Source: Camelus dromedarius (lineage: Eukaryota). Taken from it: a stretch of DNA of 64,000 nt. The stretch is from NCBI RefSeq assembly GCF_036321535.1, contig NC_087436.1, positions 99,078,001 to 99,142,000 of the forward strand. The letters are read 5' to 3'. Shown in pieces: positions 38,875 through 52,589 of the stretch. The stretch's first letter is position 1, and each line of letters begins with the position of its first letter. The notes below the pieces were generated by a model that was not told the DNA's origin, did no database searches, and saw nothing but the letters and a program-made list of their open reading frames with translations. A program made the position numbers and the translations under genes.

Positions 38875-39760
38875 CATTATTAGATCTAGTAGCTTCTCTG
38901 TAGAGTCCTTGTTTATTGTTTGTTTTATAATAAAAACATATTGTCTACTAATAAACACAGTTTTACCAGTTTTTTTCCCCAGTCTGAATGCTGTCTGTTT
39001 TTTCTAGTCTGATTCTTGGTTGGTACTTCTAATACTGTGCTGAAAAAGAATTATAAGAGTAGATAAATTTGCAGTTTTCCTGTTCTTAGTGGAAAAGTAT
39101 TGTCTTTTACCTTAATTATGGTATGATCTGTAAGTTTTTCATAGATACCCTTTATCTTGTGGAGAAAGTTCTCTTCTAGTGTTATTTTGCTGAAATTTAG
39201 TGTTATTTTAAGTGCTTTTTTTAGGGGGGTAGGGGTAATTAGGTTTATTTATTTTTAATGGAAGGTACTGGGGATTGAGCCCAGGACCTTGTGCATGCTA
39301 AGCATGAATTCGACCACTGAGCTATACCCTCCACCCTTTAATTACTTTTTAAAGTCAGGGATGGATGTTAAATTTTGTCAAATGTTTTATCTAAATCCAT
39401 TGATTTGGGTTCATTATAATAATTACATGAATTATCATATAATAAATTACATAATATTATTTAAGAATGTTGAACCAATTTTACATGGCAAGAATAAAGC
39501 CCACTTGTTCATAGTGTGTTAGCCTTTTTACATATTGCTGGGTTTGATTTTCTAATATTTTGTTAAAAATTTTTATATCTTTAGAGAGGGATACTGGATA
39601 GTATTTTTCTCTTTATGTCATCTACTGGATATCACAATGAGATATCAGCATATAATGTTGGTTTCTAAAAATGTATTGTAAGATATTTCTTCTTCTTCCA
39701 TATTCTAAAAGTTTCTGTGGAATTGACATTATTGTTTCCTTAAATAATGGCTAAGATCTG
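38875..39760 (-). mobile_element. Ancient L1M ORF2 (RT region) fragment, interrupted by a SINE
   Basis: 'tctagtagcttctctgtagagtcctt...tacttctaatactgtgctgaa...tttttcatagataccctttatc...ggatgttaaattttgtcaaatg...catattgctgggtttgattttctaatattttgtt'. Confidence 0.8.
39221..39336 (-). mobile_element. tRNA(Ala)-derived SINE, camelid Vic-1 type, with 14-bp TSD
   Basis: The reverse complement reads gggtggagggtatagctcagtggtcgaattcatgcttagcatgcacaaggtcctgggctcaatccccagtacc...aaataaataaacctaattacc (A box, B box, A-rich tail). TSD tttaagtgcttttt (39207-39220) and tttaattacttttt (39337-39350). Confidence 0.88.
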
Positions 39761-39778
39761 CTTTTTTTTTTTTTTTTT

Positions 39779-40700
39779 GAAGAAATTGACAAGCCAATCA
39801 CAAAATTTACATGAAAGAGCAAAGGGCAACTATTTCTAAAATAGTTCTGAAGCAGAAAAACAAAGTAAGAGGAAATGACACTTATCTAATAATGCAGTTT
39901 TAAGACAGCAAGATATAGACATTGAGATTTAAATATTGACAAATACTATGTAATATAAAATCAAGAAACAAAGCCATGCATATGTGAACTTCTAAATTAT
40001 GAAGAGCAGACATGGTAGATTACAGGAAAAGAATGAACTTATAAACAAATTGTCTGGAAATGGCTGACATTATAGATAAGAGCAACTGGAATGTATCTCA
40101 CACTATGGACAAAATTTTATTCTATTTGAGTTAAAATGCCCCTGGTGAAAGATAAAATTACAAAACTTCCAGAAAATAATACAAATGATAATTTTTACGT
40201 CCTTAGAGTATGGATGGAGTTCTTAAATGTGACATGAAAGTGTCAAAACATAAATAAAAAGACAAATTTTGAATAAATTGAGAACTTCTGTTTATAAAAA
40301 GACATTAAATGATGAGAATTTTAAAAAGTAAAAAACATGCAAAAACAAAAAAAAAACTTGGAAAAGATATTTACAACATGTATAATGGACTTAAGAATAT
40401 ATTACAAACAGTGAACATGAAAGAATTAAAACTCATATGTCAATATGGATGATGTTACAGAATGTAATACTGAGCAAAAGAAATAACTTTTACTGTATAC
40501 ATCTTGCAAAAATGTACATATCTATTTTAATACCAGAGTAACAGGATGGAAGGACATATATTCTGGGAAACAAAATTGCCCTTAAGATAATCATCTATGG
40601 GATAATGGGTATAAGATTTTCATCATATTAACATTCAAAATTACATATATACCCCTAAATACTGTGTGTTCATTATTTTTAAATTGAAATATTAAAAACA
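39779..40700 (+). mobile_element. Ancient L1M ORF2 3' region and 3'UTR remnant
   Basis: 'gaaattgacaagccaatcacaaaatttacatgaaagagcaaaggg...aaatcaagaaacaaagccatgcatatgtg...aaaacttccagaaaataatac...attgagaacttctgtttataaaaagaca'. Confidence 0.75.
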
Positions 40701-40929
40701 AAAATAACATGGTTCCTTTACTGCCCATGTTGATTTTTTTCCTCTGTAAATACATTTTGTGAATGTTATTAACACTGTATATGCTATTAATATGTAAACT
40801 TTATCCTCTGCTCATCATTCATATTACCATCTTAAGTCATGCACTGCTGTCTATCCAATTGGTTTAAATGTATTTTAAAGGTTCTTTTGAAGGGGGCAAG
40901 ATAGAAGTTGAGATTCAGGATGGATTAGG

Positions 40930-41375
40930 GAAATAGTTAATTTTATGTCAGCTTGACTGGCCACAGAGTTCCAAGACTAAATAGTATTATTGAGTGTGGT
41001 AGAGAGGGTGTTTCGGGATGACCTTGGCAGTCACAGTAGGCAGACTGACCTCCCCAGTGTGGGTGAGCATCCTTCAATTCTTTGAGCACCTGAATAGAAA
41101 TAAAGATGGAGAAAAAAGAAATCTGTCCCCCTTTTTTCTCCCTTATTGTTGAGTTAGGATTCCTCATTTCATCTTCTCTGGCCCTTGGACTAAGATTTAC
41201 AACATTGCATTCCCTGCTTCTCAGGTCTTCAGACTCAGACGCGAAATATACCACTGGGTTTCCTGGGTCTCCAGCTTACAAATGTCAGATCATAAGACTT
41301 GTCCGCCTCATAATTTCCCTTACATATGTATATAAATATTACTGATCTGTTTCTCTAGGAAACACTGACTAATAT
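40930..41375 (+). mobile_element. MLT2-family (ERVL) solo LTR
   Basis: 'gttaattttatgtcagcttgactggccacag...gcagactgacctccccagtgtgggtgagcatc...cctgaatagaa...gggtttcctgggtctccagctt...tctgtttctctaggaaacactgactaata'. Confidence 0.9.
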
Positions 41376-43411
41376 AATTAGGTATCTTCAGACTCACATT
41401 CCAACCCCTACCAGGAGAAGCTGATCAATGCCTATTATAGGCCAGCCTTCTCCAATTCCATATAGTCAGAATGTAAGGATCCTGAAGATGAATTCATCGC
41501 TGACTAGAACGGTCTACCCAGGGTCTCACCAGTGATGGGAAAAATAAATCATGTTACGTTTTCCTACATCCCACCAGGCTCCTCATACTGACAGAGACTG
41601 TTGACAGCCTCTTCCTAGCTTCAGTGACCATCCTTTCAAGTGGCCCAAGGAACCATGCTAGGTCCTCTACAGAGAAAGCTATCTACATGTAGGTCCTGTT
41701 TCCTAGGCAGGGTTGGCAGCCTCTAAAGGTGGCACATTGACTCTTCTTTTATTCCTAGTGTGAAGGCGAAAAGAGAACAGGTTAAATCCTGAAGTTTCCC
41801 TTCTCAGCATCCTCTGGAGTGCTGCCAAGCTGGGTGGCAGTTATCCTTCAGAAGGCTGGGTCTCAGACGCTAATGAAAGACCTCACCTAAGAGTCAACTT
41901 TGGAGAACAGTGGACCCAGCTTTATCACTGTCATTTGGGAGTCATAGGCAAGAGTATATATAAATGGAGGTCCACATATAGTCTTTTCATTTTAACCAGT
42001 AGTTACATTTTCACTAATAGATAACATGAAATTGCAGATTTTCACACCCTATTTAAAAAAAAGTCAATTCACTCATTAATAAATTATCAAAAGGAAAAAA
42101 CAAAACAAGACAGAATTCTAAACAATCCATTCAAGCATCCAATGAGTAAATCATATAATAAAAACAATTGCAAGCACACTCTTATGATGGAGAATATTTA
42201 CTAAGTACGACCCACAACAATTCTGATCTTGCTAGACTAAGAATTTAACTTACTTTAACTTGGACATTGATTGATACACAATGGTTTTGTTCAGTTTTCT
42301 TATTTCCTTTGAGTATAAGGAGTAAATAATGTTTGGTATCAACTGCTTTGACATAAATACACAGAGAAAAAATGATATGGTTATCAACTGAAAATTTAAA
42401 ATCAGTCTTTTTTTTTAACAACAAAGCCTCACATTTCCTATATAATTTATACTAAAAGAAAGTATGTAAAATGGGGATGGGGTTAATTTTCAGCTTATTA
42501 CTTAATGGGGAACCTGCTTAGATTTGCCTTTTCCAGGAAGTCTTCACAGATTTTCAAGGCTAGATTAAGAGATATACATGTGTGCTTTCAGAGTCTTTGT
42601 TTAGCAAGGTATTTGTTCTGTTTACTGCTATGTTTTGATTCACATTCAGCTCCTAGGATATAAGTGCTAAGTAGTTATTTGTTCAGTGAACTAGATATTT
42701 TTTAGAAGAATGAGCACCTTGGGTTAACAATACAGTTAATTCCAAAGTTAAATTACATAAACTTTGCAATCCTATATTGTCAAGAGTTTTCCAGCTTTTC
42801 TATGCACTAAGGTGTTTCATTGTTCCCTTAAGTGCACATTGTTAAAATAGAGAATGAAGGAACTTGGAAGAAAATTTCTTCCTTTTTTAAATCTAAAGTG
42901 TCTTAAACTGGTATTTTTCCTTGTTAAAGAAGTATAATAGTAACATTATTTATACACAATCTAAAAGATATAATTATATAAAGAATCATGATAGGATGTG
43001 AGTGTTGTACTGTACATAAGTTAATCATGAATAAACTATATTTTATTGGCTATAGTGGCACATGCTGCTCAAAAAAATAAAGGGTGCAACTCATGGAACT
43101 GTTCAGCTGATATTATGAACAGTAGAATGTCAGTACTGCTGTTCATTAATAGCAATATCAAGTACTGAATTACAGCTTAAGCATTAGGTTTCACTGTATT
43201 TTCATAAGCATTATATATTCTTAAGACAGTGTAAAGTTGAAACATCTTTTGATTCTGTTAAGTTACAGAAATTAGTATAGATTTATATTATCACAGAATT
43301 TAAACACAATAGAGATCTGCTTGTTATAAACTTTAAAAACTACTACTAAATTCACAAGTATAATATATGTATGTATGTGCATATTACATATAAAATAATA
43401 ATAACAAGAAA

Positions 43412-43615
43412 TAAGATAATTAGCACTCATTGAGATGTTCATATGTCAGGTATTTCTTAGCGGATAATATGCTATTTCATGTAACCCTCAAAATCACCAT
43501 TGGAGGCACAATTTCTTTCTGATCTGAGAAAACAAAATACAGAGAGATTGGGCCACCTTTCCAAGGTCACATGGTTATAAGTGACCAAGCAAGGATTTGG
43601 ATACTAACTTTCAAA
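43412..43615 (-). mobile_element. MIR SINE
   Basis: 'cattgagatgttcatatgtcagg...ttcatgtaaccctcaaaatcacc...ccaaggtcacatggttataagtgaccaagcaaggatttg'. Confidence 0.7.
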
Positions 43616-43911
43616 TATAAAATAAAGTATACAAGTAATCATTTTGAAAATGTTTTTAACATTGAAATCTAGCAATTAATTTTGCCTTTGGGGACTTGAA
43701 AGTTAAAGCAATTTATATATAGAAGTTTTCACCACTATTAGGGGTAAATATTTATTAAACACTTCATAGGCAGGATGAGGGATACAAAGATATAAAAAAC
43801 ATTCCAGGCTGTAAGAGGTTTATGCTTAATTTGAAAAACTGAAAAATAGAAAACTTTCACTCAAGAAAAAATACATGTGGGCTAAAAAATGCACTTAAAA
43901 CAATAATTTAA

Positions 43912-44050
43912 TAAATCAGAGTTTGGTCACCTGGAAGCTGGATATAAACGCAGAACTTCAGAGATTCCCCTCCCCAGACCAACTAAAACAGAGTCTGCAT
44001 TTTAACACAATGCTCAGTGATTCTTTTGTATATTACAGTTAAGGAAGAGA
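43912..44050. mobile_element. MER5-like hAT-Charlie MITE fragment
   Basis: 'tcacctggaagct...taaacgcaga...ccccagaccaactaaaacagagtctgcattttaacacaatgctcagtgattct'. Confidence 0.65.
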
Positions 44051-45681
44051 TGAAATAAACCTTGCATTGCATTGCATTATATCCTATCTTTATATTCAGT
44101 TACTCTGTTTTCTAACCAAAGATATATAGAAAAAGTGTTTAGTCACAATTTTCTTCTGCCATAATCCCTTCTTCTCTAACCTAAACCAAGGCAGTAAAGG
44201 GAACATATTAATTTTCTCCACGAAATATCATATAACTACAATAAAGATTCAATTCTGGGTATGTCTCTAGTGCAGTAACTGAAGTATGCTCTTCTAGAGG
44301 ATTTTAAGCTCAATATTATATTGTGCATGGATATTCCATTTTATGGAATATCATCAGAATAATTTCATCCCCAAACTTTAATCATGAATGACCATGAAGT
44401 TCTGAATCTTTTTCTTTTAGCCTTGGCTAAGTATGTTCAGAGAATCCAGACCAATTGAATATGACCCTACATCAGGTAGTGTTAAGAATATAGTGTTAAA
44501 GAAAATAGATCACATATTCTACATTAGATAGTGAAATATAAATTTTTAACCATCCTTTTGTAGGATTATATACAAAATGATCTACTCTGAGATCAAAAAG
44601 ATAATGGATAGTCGACAACTACAGTTAACATCTGACAAAATTAAAAGAATGTAACCAGCTTTATGTCCATGTTAAAACACTAACTTTGAAGCCTAAAAAT
44701 CCTGAAGATAGCATTCTTATCAGAATATACATACTAGGACAAAGTAGAGAAAGCTGTTGTATTTGACTGAAAAAAATAATCTATAATCCAATGTCCATAT
44801 GATGTATTTTAAACTCCCCACTAGACTGGAATGACTTGATCACAGCTAGTGATTCTTTCCCATTATTTTTTCTTTCTCTCCTTTCTCTTTTCCTCTTTCT
44901 ACTCTTTTTAAGTGTAGGCAGAGTTAGGACTTTCTGCCTGAGAGTTCTACTTAATACCCCATGACTCAATGATTTAACTCCTTTTCTTATGCTGAATTAC
45001 TGAGGAGAGCATGGCCTTGCCTCTCAAATCTAGAGTAACCTCTAATTCACCAGAATAGTGACTATAAAGTCTCTGTTCCAGTTTCAAAAACATAATTTAT
45101 AGAGTCTTAGCACTGGAAGAGGAAAATCTAGCTAAGGAGAATAAGTGGAATTAAAGAAATAAGATGCCAAATATTCACATTATGAATTCATAAATATTCA
45201 CATTAGAAATTTATTAACTAAGTTATTGAGGTATGTAAATGCAAAAGCACTTCTTAATTGGTTTATAGGCAAATAGTTGCTTTTGGCAGAATGACTACTA
45301 TTTTCAGATTTTATCAAATTTTCTGCAGATTTAAATGTTTCATGGAATGTAGACAAAAAAAAAAAAAAAAGGATGTATTTTTGAATAGTGATATTTGGGC
45401 TGGATTTCCAAAGCCACTGACTCTCTCTATAGATCCACCTGGCATTCTCAAATCAAATGTGTTTGCCTAGATGGTCCTAATTGGATTATGACATTTTTCC
45501 TGTTCAGAAGCCTATAATGGGACTTCATTCCTTTCTGAATAAGAGCCCAGTTTCCATTGCTATTCAAAACTTTAAATTGTTAACTCATCTAATTCACTGG
45601 CCATTATTATCCACTAAAGAACTTCCTCTCTGAACATACTGGTATTTTTGGCTGTCCAAAGCAGAATTTACACCTTTGTTT

Positions 45682-45731
45682 TATATATATATGTATGTAT
45701 GTGTGTGTGTGTATATATATATATATACACA
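45682..45731 (+). repeat. (TA)n(TATG)n(TG)n(TA)n compound microsatellite
   Basis: Directly visible. Confidence 0.9.
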
Positions 45732-45766
45732 CTATAGAGGAATATATACATATATTCCTCTATAGT
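45731..45766. repeat. Perfect 16-bp inverted repeat with 4-nt spacer
   Basis: actatagaggaatata-taca-tatattcctctatagt. Confidence 0.9.
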
Positions 45767-46059
45767 TTCATGGGACTTTGAGTACTCAGGCCGTTGAATT
45801 TTGACAATATGTTGCATTTATCACTTTTTGGAAAAACAGTCTTATGCTGTTTGTATTTATTCGTGTTACTACTTGAATATTTGATATAGTTATTACTTTT
45901 CTCTGAAATAGATTATAATCCCTTGATAAAGATTTACAGTACTCTGAATTTCTTTCCTGTTTACTTCAGAGTATAACAATATACTATGCACTTAATAGAT
46001 AACAGATACCCTACAGATAAAAATACACATAATGTGTTAAAATATGTAATGCTCTTTAA

Positions 46060-46240
46060 TATGACCTACTAATATTGTTTGATTATTCATACATAGGTAG
46101 TATGTTTTGTTATATCCTATTTTGTAGGTGACATGTATGAAGTCCAGGGATATTAAAGAATTCAATCAAATTCACAAAGCTAATAAGTTACAAAGCCAAT
46201 ATTCAAACTCAGGGATTCTAATTTTATATTCATGTTCAGA
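46060..46240 (-). mobile_element. MIR fragment
   Basis: 'atcctattttgtaggtga...gaagtccagggatattaaagaattc...tcacaaagctaataagttacaaagccaatattcaaactcagg'. Confidence 0.65.
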
Positions 46241-48879
46241 AAGTGTTGTAGCTAATTGTAAGCTACTTACAAAGGTTAAAGTGTATAAATAAAGACCCAA
46301 AAATTCAAGAAATTACAGTATGTGTATGTCTATGTGTTTGTGTGTCTGTGTATCTGCGGTGGTGGAAACGAGACATTTGAAAACATAGACTTGATTATTT
46401 TCTTCACAAATTTGGAAGTGCCAACTTGATTTTGGAAAGCGATCTACGCATTTCAAAAAGTAAAAACTGCATCTTTCAAATAGGAGATACTATTTCAGGT
46501 TGACAGAAATTTAGGTAACTTTTAGTTCTACTATTACTAAGAAAATGGTATAATTTTATGTATTTTAATTGATTTTAGTTTATTCAAAGTGCTATTAAAT
46601 TTACTTTTAAATCTGTAATTTACATTCTTGGTATTATTAAACCTAATTTCTATTACAGATAAAGGTAGAGTCAATTATTTCCCTATTATAAATTTCCTGA
46701 AACATACACCTAACATATCAATATTAATTATAAAATGAGATTCACCTAGGAAATTGTTTCTAATCTGTTTGTCATTAAGCAATTTCAGAAGTCTTTTTTT
46801 TTGAGAAATACAATGATTATGTGATTATGTATGTAAAAAATGTTTAAAACCCTCCCATAATTTTACAGAAGTCTATACTGCTACACTGAAATAAGTATCT
46901 GTTAGTTGACATCATGTTTCCTAAGTTACCTGGGAAAAAAATTAATTCTGATTCTTTGACACACCATAAGCCTTGTAACAGGCTCTAGAAAAATGGGTTT
47001 TGAGACAAGCCAACCTGAGAAAACAAATCTTACAAAAGCCCTGGGTTTTGCAAGAAAAGTACCTGAGGCTTTTTTGAGAAAGCTGCAAGCTTTTCCAAGG
47101 TTGTTATAAGCTGGCTGCTCATCGAGATGAAACTCAGTCCCAACTTACACACTGTGTGGCTCTGATGAAAACACGACAGCCATCTCTCAAATTTGACTAT
47201 AGAAAAATAGCAATGGAGGGCAATGATCAATTTATTAATTATCCAGGATCCTATTGTTATGACCCTGTTTCTTGTTCCCTCAAAAAGAAGGAAGGAGGAA
47301 AACGAGAATGATATATTGTTTTTTTTAACTATGTGTGAGGAAATTCACTCTAAAATCCTTTTCCGGAAAATGCACCATGACAGGAAAACTCAGGGGACTC
47401 TTAATCTGTTTATAATTAACAAGAAACATCGGTCTTTTAATAGGCTGCTTATCTGATTCAAAAGTTATTTTGGCATCTTTTGCACAAAGACAAGATATAT
47501 GTATCTTCAAGTAATAGGGTGCCAACTCTTTTTAAAATACTCTACATCTCCCTGTAGAATGATGCCCTCAGACCAAAGAGCAAGAAGACAAGAATGCCCA
47601 GGGAAGGACATTACACTGTATGAAAACAAGTTTTCCTTCCATGAATGCACTGGGCTTTGACAGCTTCCGTCTTTTTACAGAGCACGGTCTATTATCAAGG
47701 CTTCAAAAGAAATGTTTTAGTAAATAAAGGCATAAAAATTAGTGAAACAATCTATATTTGCATTCTTCTTTCTAAAACACTACCATAGTAATTTGCTTGT
47801 TCTTCAAAGAGAATCCCCAACACATGCTTCCTTGTTTCGTTGCTTTATCTTCCCCACTGCTGAGTACCTTGAGAATTGAGACTGTGTCTCATTTCTGTCT
47901 CCTTTTCAGGCAGCATCTGTAGAGCCTTTGTTCATAATGAAAACTGCACAAATATTTTCAGTATTAGATGAAGCGGAGGGGTGGGGAGAGGTGGATGTTG
48001 TAACTTTTGTAAACAATACTAAAAATAGATTCCATGGCACTCTCAAACAGAAGTAGTTTAATATTTCCATGATTTAAAATGGATCTTTTTATGTTGAGAT
48101 TTAAGATTCCATTTGTGAAGTCAATATGAACTGAATTTGCTCATCTTTCTCACTAAGAGGACTTGGTGGACAAATGAATAAGTCAATTGGTTTTGACATG
48201 ATTTGGGTAAGGCAGTCTGAAATTTATCTAGTTCAGTTATCACAGTCAAGAGAATGAGATGCTAGATATTGTACGGACATAGCTATTGACAATTTAAAAA
48301 TATAATCTGTATACTGGGTAGTCATAAACCTATTATATCCATAATCAACACACCTAATCAGAAATAAGCAGTTTATTATTACTTTTTGTGAGAAATGCTA
48401 TATACTTGGTTTTCCAATATTGAGTATTTTAATTTTCTTTTAGTAGTTAATACAGGTTCCTAAGTTTAGTTTCTGTTAAATAATATGATGTAGCGATAAG
48501 GAAAACAGTGTTTTTTAACTCAGAATTTTATGAAAATGGCAAAATAATTTACGAACATGATCTCTGGTATATATTTGACACACATTACATGATGTAATAT
48601 ATATTAGTTTAGCCATAGATGTATATAGGATAATTAAGAGATTTCAAATCTCAACTTCTGACTTTTCATCATTATAAACAATTTGCAGATCTTTAAAAAG
48701 TGAACCTAAGCTATTACTTTTTTCCTGTTTTATTTTCACTTTTCTCTTAGTAGTGGCATCACCCGTGAACAAATAACCCCAAGTGAAACCAGCACTCCTA
48801 CAAAAATCTGCCTGAATGTATGCTCTCCCCATCCCATTGTCTTGCTTTCCTTTTTTAATAGATTTACTACATCTATATT

Positions 48880-49515
48880 TTGAAAAAATACATAAAATTT
48901 AGAGTAAATGGTTCATAATTTTAAAAAATTATTTTAAAATCTATTTTTGTACTGTTAAGAGCCCTCCGTATTGTTGCATGCTACTGTAGATCACTTATTT
49001 TGTCTATTTTACATACTATACCATGTGTGATTACACCACAGTCCACGTATCCACTCTTCCATGGGTGTACATTTGGTGTATTCTAGGATTTTTCTATCAT
49101 TAATAGTGCTGCCTGGAAACACCTTTTACATGTCTCCTATCAAACATGTGCAAGAGCTTTTCTTTTTCTATGCTGCTTGGAATTGAAGCACTGGATCATA
49201 AGGTTTATGAATGATCAACTTCAGCAGGTAATGTCAAACAGTTTTCTAAAGTGATCGTTGCAATTACTCCAACCTATCTTGTGAATACCTATCTCATACC
49301 TATCAGTTATTATACCTATTACCTATCACTTATTATTACCAGATTTTATTTATATTTTATTTATTTATGCATATATGTATTTATTTATTGCCAATCAAAT
49401 GAATATAAGTTGAACCTTAGACTGGTCTTCAGTGTCATTTTCCTACTCACAAACAATGTTCAGTATCTAGCTTCGTATGTTTATTGGGCATATGTATTTC
49501 CTCTTCTATGAATTT
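48880..49515 (-). mobile_element. Ancient L1ME-like 3' region
   Basis: 'ccatgtgtgattacaccacagtccacgtatccactctt...catttggtg...taatagtgctgcc...ttttacatgtctcc...gtttattgggcatatgtatttcctcttctatgaa'. Confidence 0.75.
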
Positions 49516-50004
49516 CGAATGTAGGTGAGTACCCCCAAGTTTCTTCTCTTTTGCATAGGTTAATCATTAAATTTGTACTCACTTTACTAGTTAGTATTAC
49601 TAGTTTGCTACAGCTAAATGTCACTATGTCACATAAAGTTATGTACAATAAACATACATATACTCACAATATTTATATCATCAAAGCATTTTAATAGAAC
49701 AGAATCTTTCCTTTATTAAGTGACTTAACATTCACTCTTCCACAGATGATTCTCAATGTTTGAATACAGATAGAACTTTTTGTACCTCTTTATATTCATA
49801 GATAGACCCACACCTCAGCAGTTATGTTCTTACTATACATGTTTCATATTATGATTAAGCAGCTTGAGTTCTTGATATTAACATGAATTCTGGAAGCTTC
49901 ATACATCATAAAGTGAGTGCTGTTATGCCTAGAATTGAGCACAGTATTTGGCACAGTCTATAACACACTGATAACTATAGGTCTCTAATTTTACATTACA
50001 TTTA

Positions 50005-50135
50005 ATGTATTTATTCATTTACTAATTAAAGACACATAGATCACCTAATTACTATGCATCCATGTGTTAAATACTGAAGATATTTGAGGAGACAACTACT
50101 TCACAGTATTTGCTCTCATAGAGTTTATAGATTAA
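50005..50135 (-). mobile_element. L2 3' end fragment
   Basis: 'atttattcatttactaa...tactatgcatccatgtgttaaatactgaagata...tgctctcatagagtttatag'. Confidence 0.55.
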
Positions 50136-50160
50136 TTATTAATATTGTTAAAATGTAATT

Positions 50161-50483
50161 ATATATATTTTATTGAAGTATAGTCAGTTTACAATGTTGT
50201 GTCAATTTCTGGTGTACAGCACAACACCTCAATCATACATGAACATATATATATTCATTTTCATACTCTTCCTCACCATAAGTTACTACAAGATATTGAG
50301 TATAGTTCCCTGTGCTATACAATATAAACTTGTTGTTTATCTATTTTATATGTAGTAGTTAGTATCTGCAAATCTCAAACTCCCAATTTATCCTTTCCCC
50401 CTTCTTCCCTCTCTGGTAAACATAAGTTTGTTTTCCATGTCTGTGAGTCTGTTTCTGTTTTGTAAATAAGTTTGTTTGTCTTT
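50161..50483 (-). mobile_element. L1 3'UTR-only insertion with perfect 13-bp TSD
   Basis: 'ttttattgaagtatagtcagtttacaatgttgtgtcaatttctggtgtacagc...tctgtgagtctgtttctgttttgtaaataag'. TSD ttaaaatgtaatt at 50148-50160 and 50484-50496. Confidence 0.95.
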
Positions 50484-52094
50484 TTAAAATGTAATTTCAA
50501 AAGGTACAATCATGACGGTCATGCAGCTATAATATGAACACAAGTTATAATATTTTATTCAACTATTTAATTAATGAAGGGTTTTAGAAAGAGCTTAAAT
50601 CAATTCAAGAAGCTAGGGTATTCTTTTTAAGTAAGTTACTGTCCAACACTGGTTACTATCCAACAGGGTAAGAAAATATTAACCTTTGAGGTTGTCTGTT
50701 TTACTGAACCAGAATTCTTTGTATCTGTACTAGCCAAAAATCTACACTCCATAGAGTTATAAAATAGCCTAGACAAGAGAAAGTTAAATCCAGGACTACA
50801 GTGACAAAATACCAAGTAACATCTTTTGCCTTATTCCAAGTCACATAAAAATTTTCTAACACTATTCAAAAGTGGACAAGTTACTATAGGCAAGAATGTT
50901 ACAATTAATGTATCTATGATGACAGTTTAAGTTCATTAGGATTTTTTAAAGGATGAAAGTCACAGTTATTTTGAAGACTAAGTTTCTGATTGGTCTTAAA
51001 GGACAAACTGATGTACAGTGGGATCAAGCAGTCTAGATGTTAGGGAAAAAGAGGAGTGAATAGGTAATTGTCTTGGAAGAAAACAAAGGGTGCTGATAAA
51101 CAATGACTTCTATAAGAGAAGGTATAAATTATAATATAATGCAAAGTCACTCCAGCAGATCTCTCTACTTTATCAGATACAAAAAATAAGTTATATGATA
51201 TTGTTTAGCTGGGCTTCAAAGGTCATCCTAGGATTCAATGCCCCTGTACTTCCCTCCCCTCACTCTGAAAACATCATCTCTTTACTTGTCAGATGTAACA
51301 GGCGCTATGAACATACACCTGATTCTGTTTGACGCAGAAAGTTCGATCGCTTCCCTTGAATTAAGGTAGGGAGATCATCTATAAATCAAATGTTGCTAAA
51401 GACTGAATCAAGAAACACATACCAGTTTATTTTGAACTTTGATATTCTTCTCCATGCTAGCAACATTTTGAATACCATTCAAAAACATCCTCCAGAGCCT
51501 ATGAGGAGTTGTTTTAGACCAGAGGAAGAGAATAAATGAGTTGGAAGATTTGAGGTCATAAATATAACTGCAAGATAACTATTGATTATCAATACTCAAT
51601 ATTATTGATTTCAAAGTTTCTGCATCCCATCACCATGTCTATTGTTTTTCATCCTCAATTTCCTTCATTTCTTAGGTTTTATTAAACCGGCATCTTCTTT
51701 GGACTGAATTTGTACTGCAGCTATGTCCTAGTACTCCAGCTTTCAGTCTGATTACCTTCATATCCATCCTACATGGCACTATCAAATTCTTGCACTGAAG
51801 AAAGAGCCTAACCATGGTCTTCCACTGGTTAAAATGTTTTAGAAAGTGTCCCCCCACCCCCACACACCCACTGGAAAAAAGCAAGCCCAGTTTCCATTGC
51901 AGGAAATATGTAGACTTCTGTCAACTTTTCCAGACTCAGCGCCTCGTAACTCTAAGCTATAAGAGCTCACTCCTGGAGCTTGTATTCATCAGTCCCATTC
52001 AAACTATGTGACAGGTACATAAGGGAAGTGAGAAGATTTGGAATTGCATGCTTAAGGGAGAAAATGTCAAAACCCACTCAATAATTTGAAGTCT

Positions 52095-52170
52095 CTGGGT
52101 TTTGATCTTTACTTTCCCATTGAGTAATGATGTGGTCTTGTACAAGTTATTTAATTTCACTGAATTTGGG
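52095..52170 (+). mobile_element. MIR fragment
   Basis: 'ctgggttttgatctttactttcccattgagtaatgatgtggtcttgtacaagttatttaatttcactgaa'. Confidence 0.55.
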
Positions 52171-52589
52171 CTGAGGGAGAGAGGACAGAGAGAGAAAAGA
52201 AGAGAGAAGATTAAATGAGCCAGGGAGATTAAAGTGGTTAACTGTATGTTTAGGGTACCCACTCTCTCAAAAAGAGATAGCCTTTTCATGGAAATGAGTG
52301 CTGTGGCAAAACACCTTTGCTGCTCTAAAAGGGAGAGCAGAGACCAATATAAATGTGCATGGTATTAACAAGAATAATAAAAACAACAAGTTAATGTATT
52401 ACAGCACTAACATTTTAGGTTGAAATTTTTAATGCTTATTTCAAATATTAATTTCTCTTTTATATCATAATATGTGTTGCTATTTTGAATATTGGTGTTT
52501 CTAGTAAAACATGGCAGGAACAATAACAGTATATATTTTTAAAACGGTAGCTCTCTGTTGAGGACACAACATTGCATGGGTATTTTCTC

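Noticed and set aside
39265..39336. tRNA-Ala gene
   Set aside because: The stems are degenerate, and the SINE tail and TSD show it is a tRNA-derived SINE.
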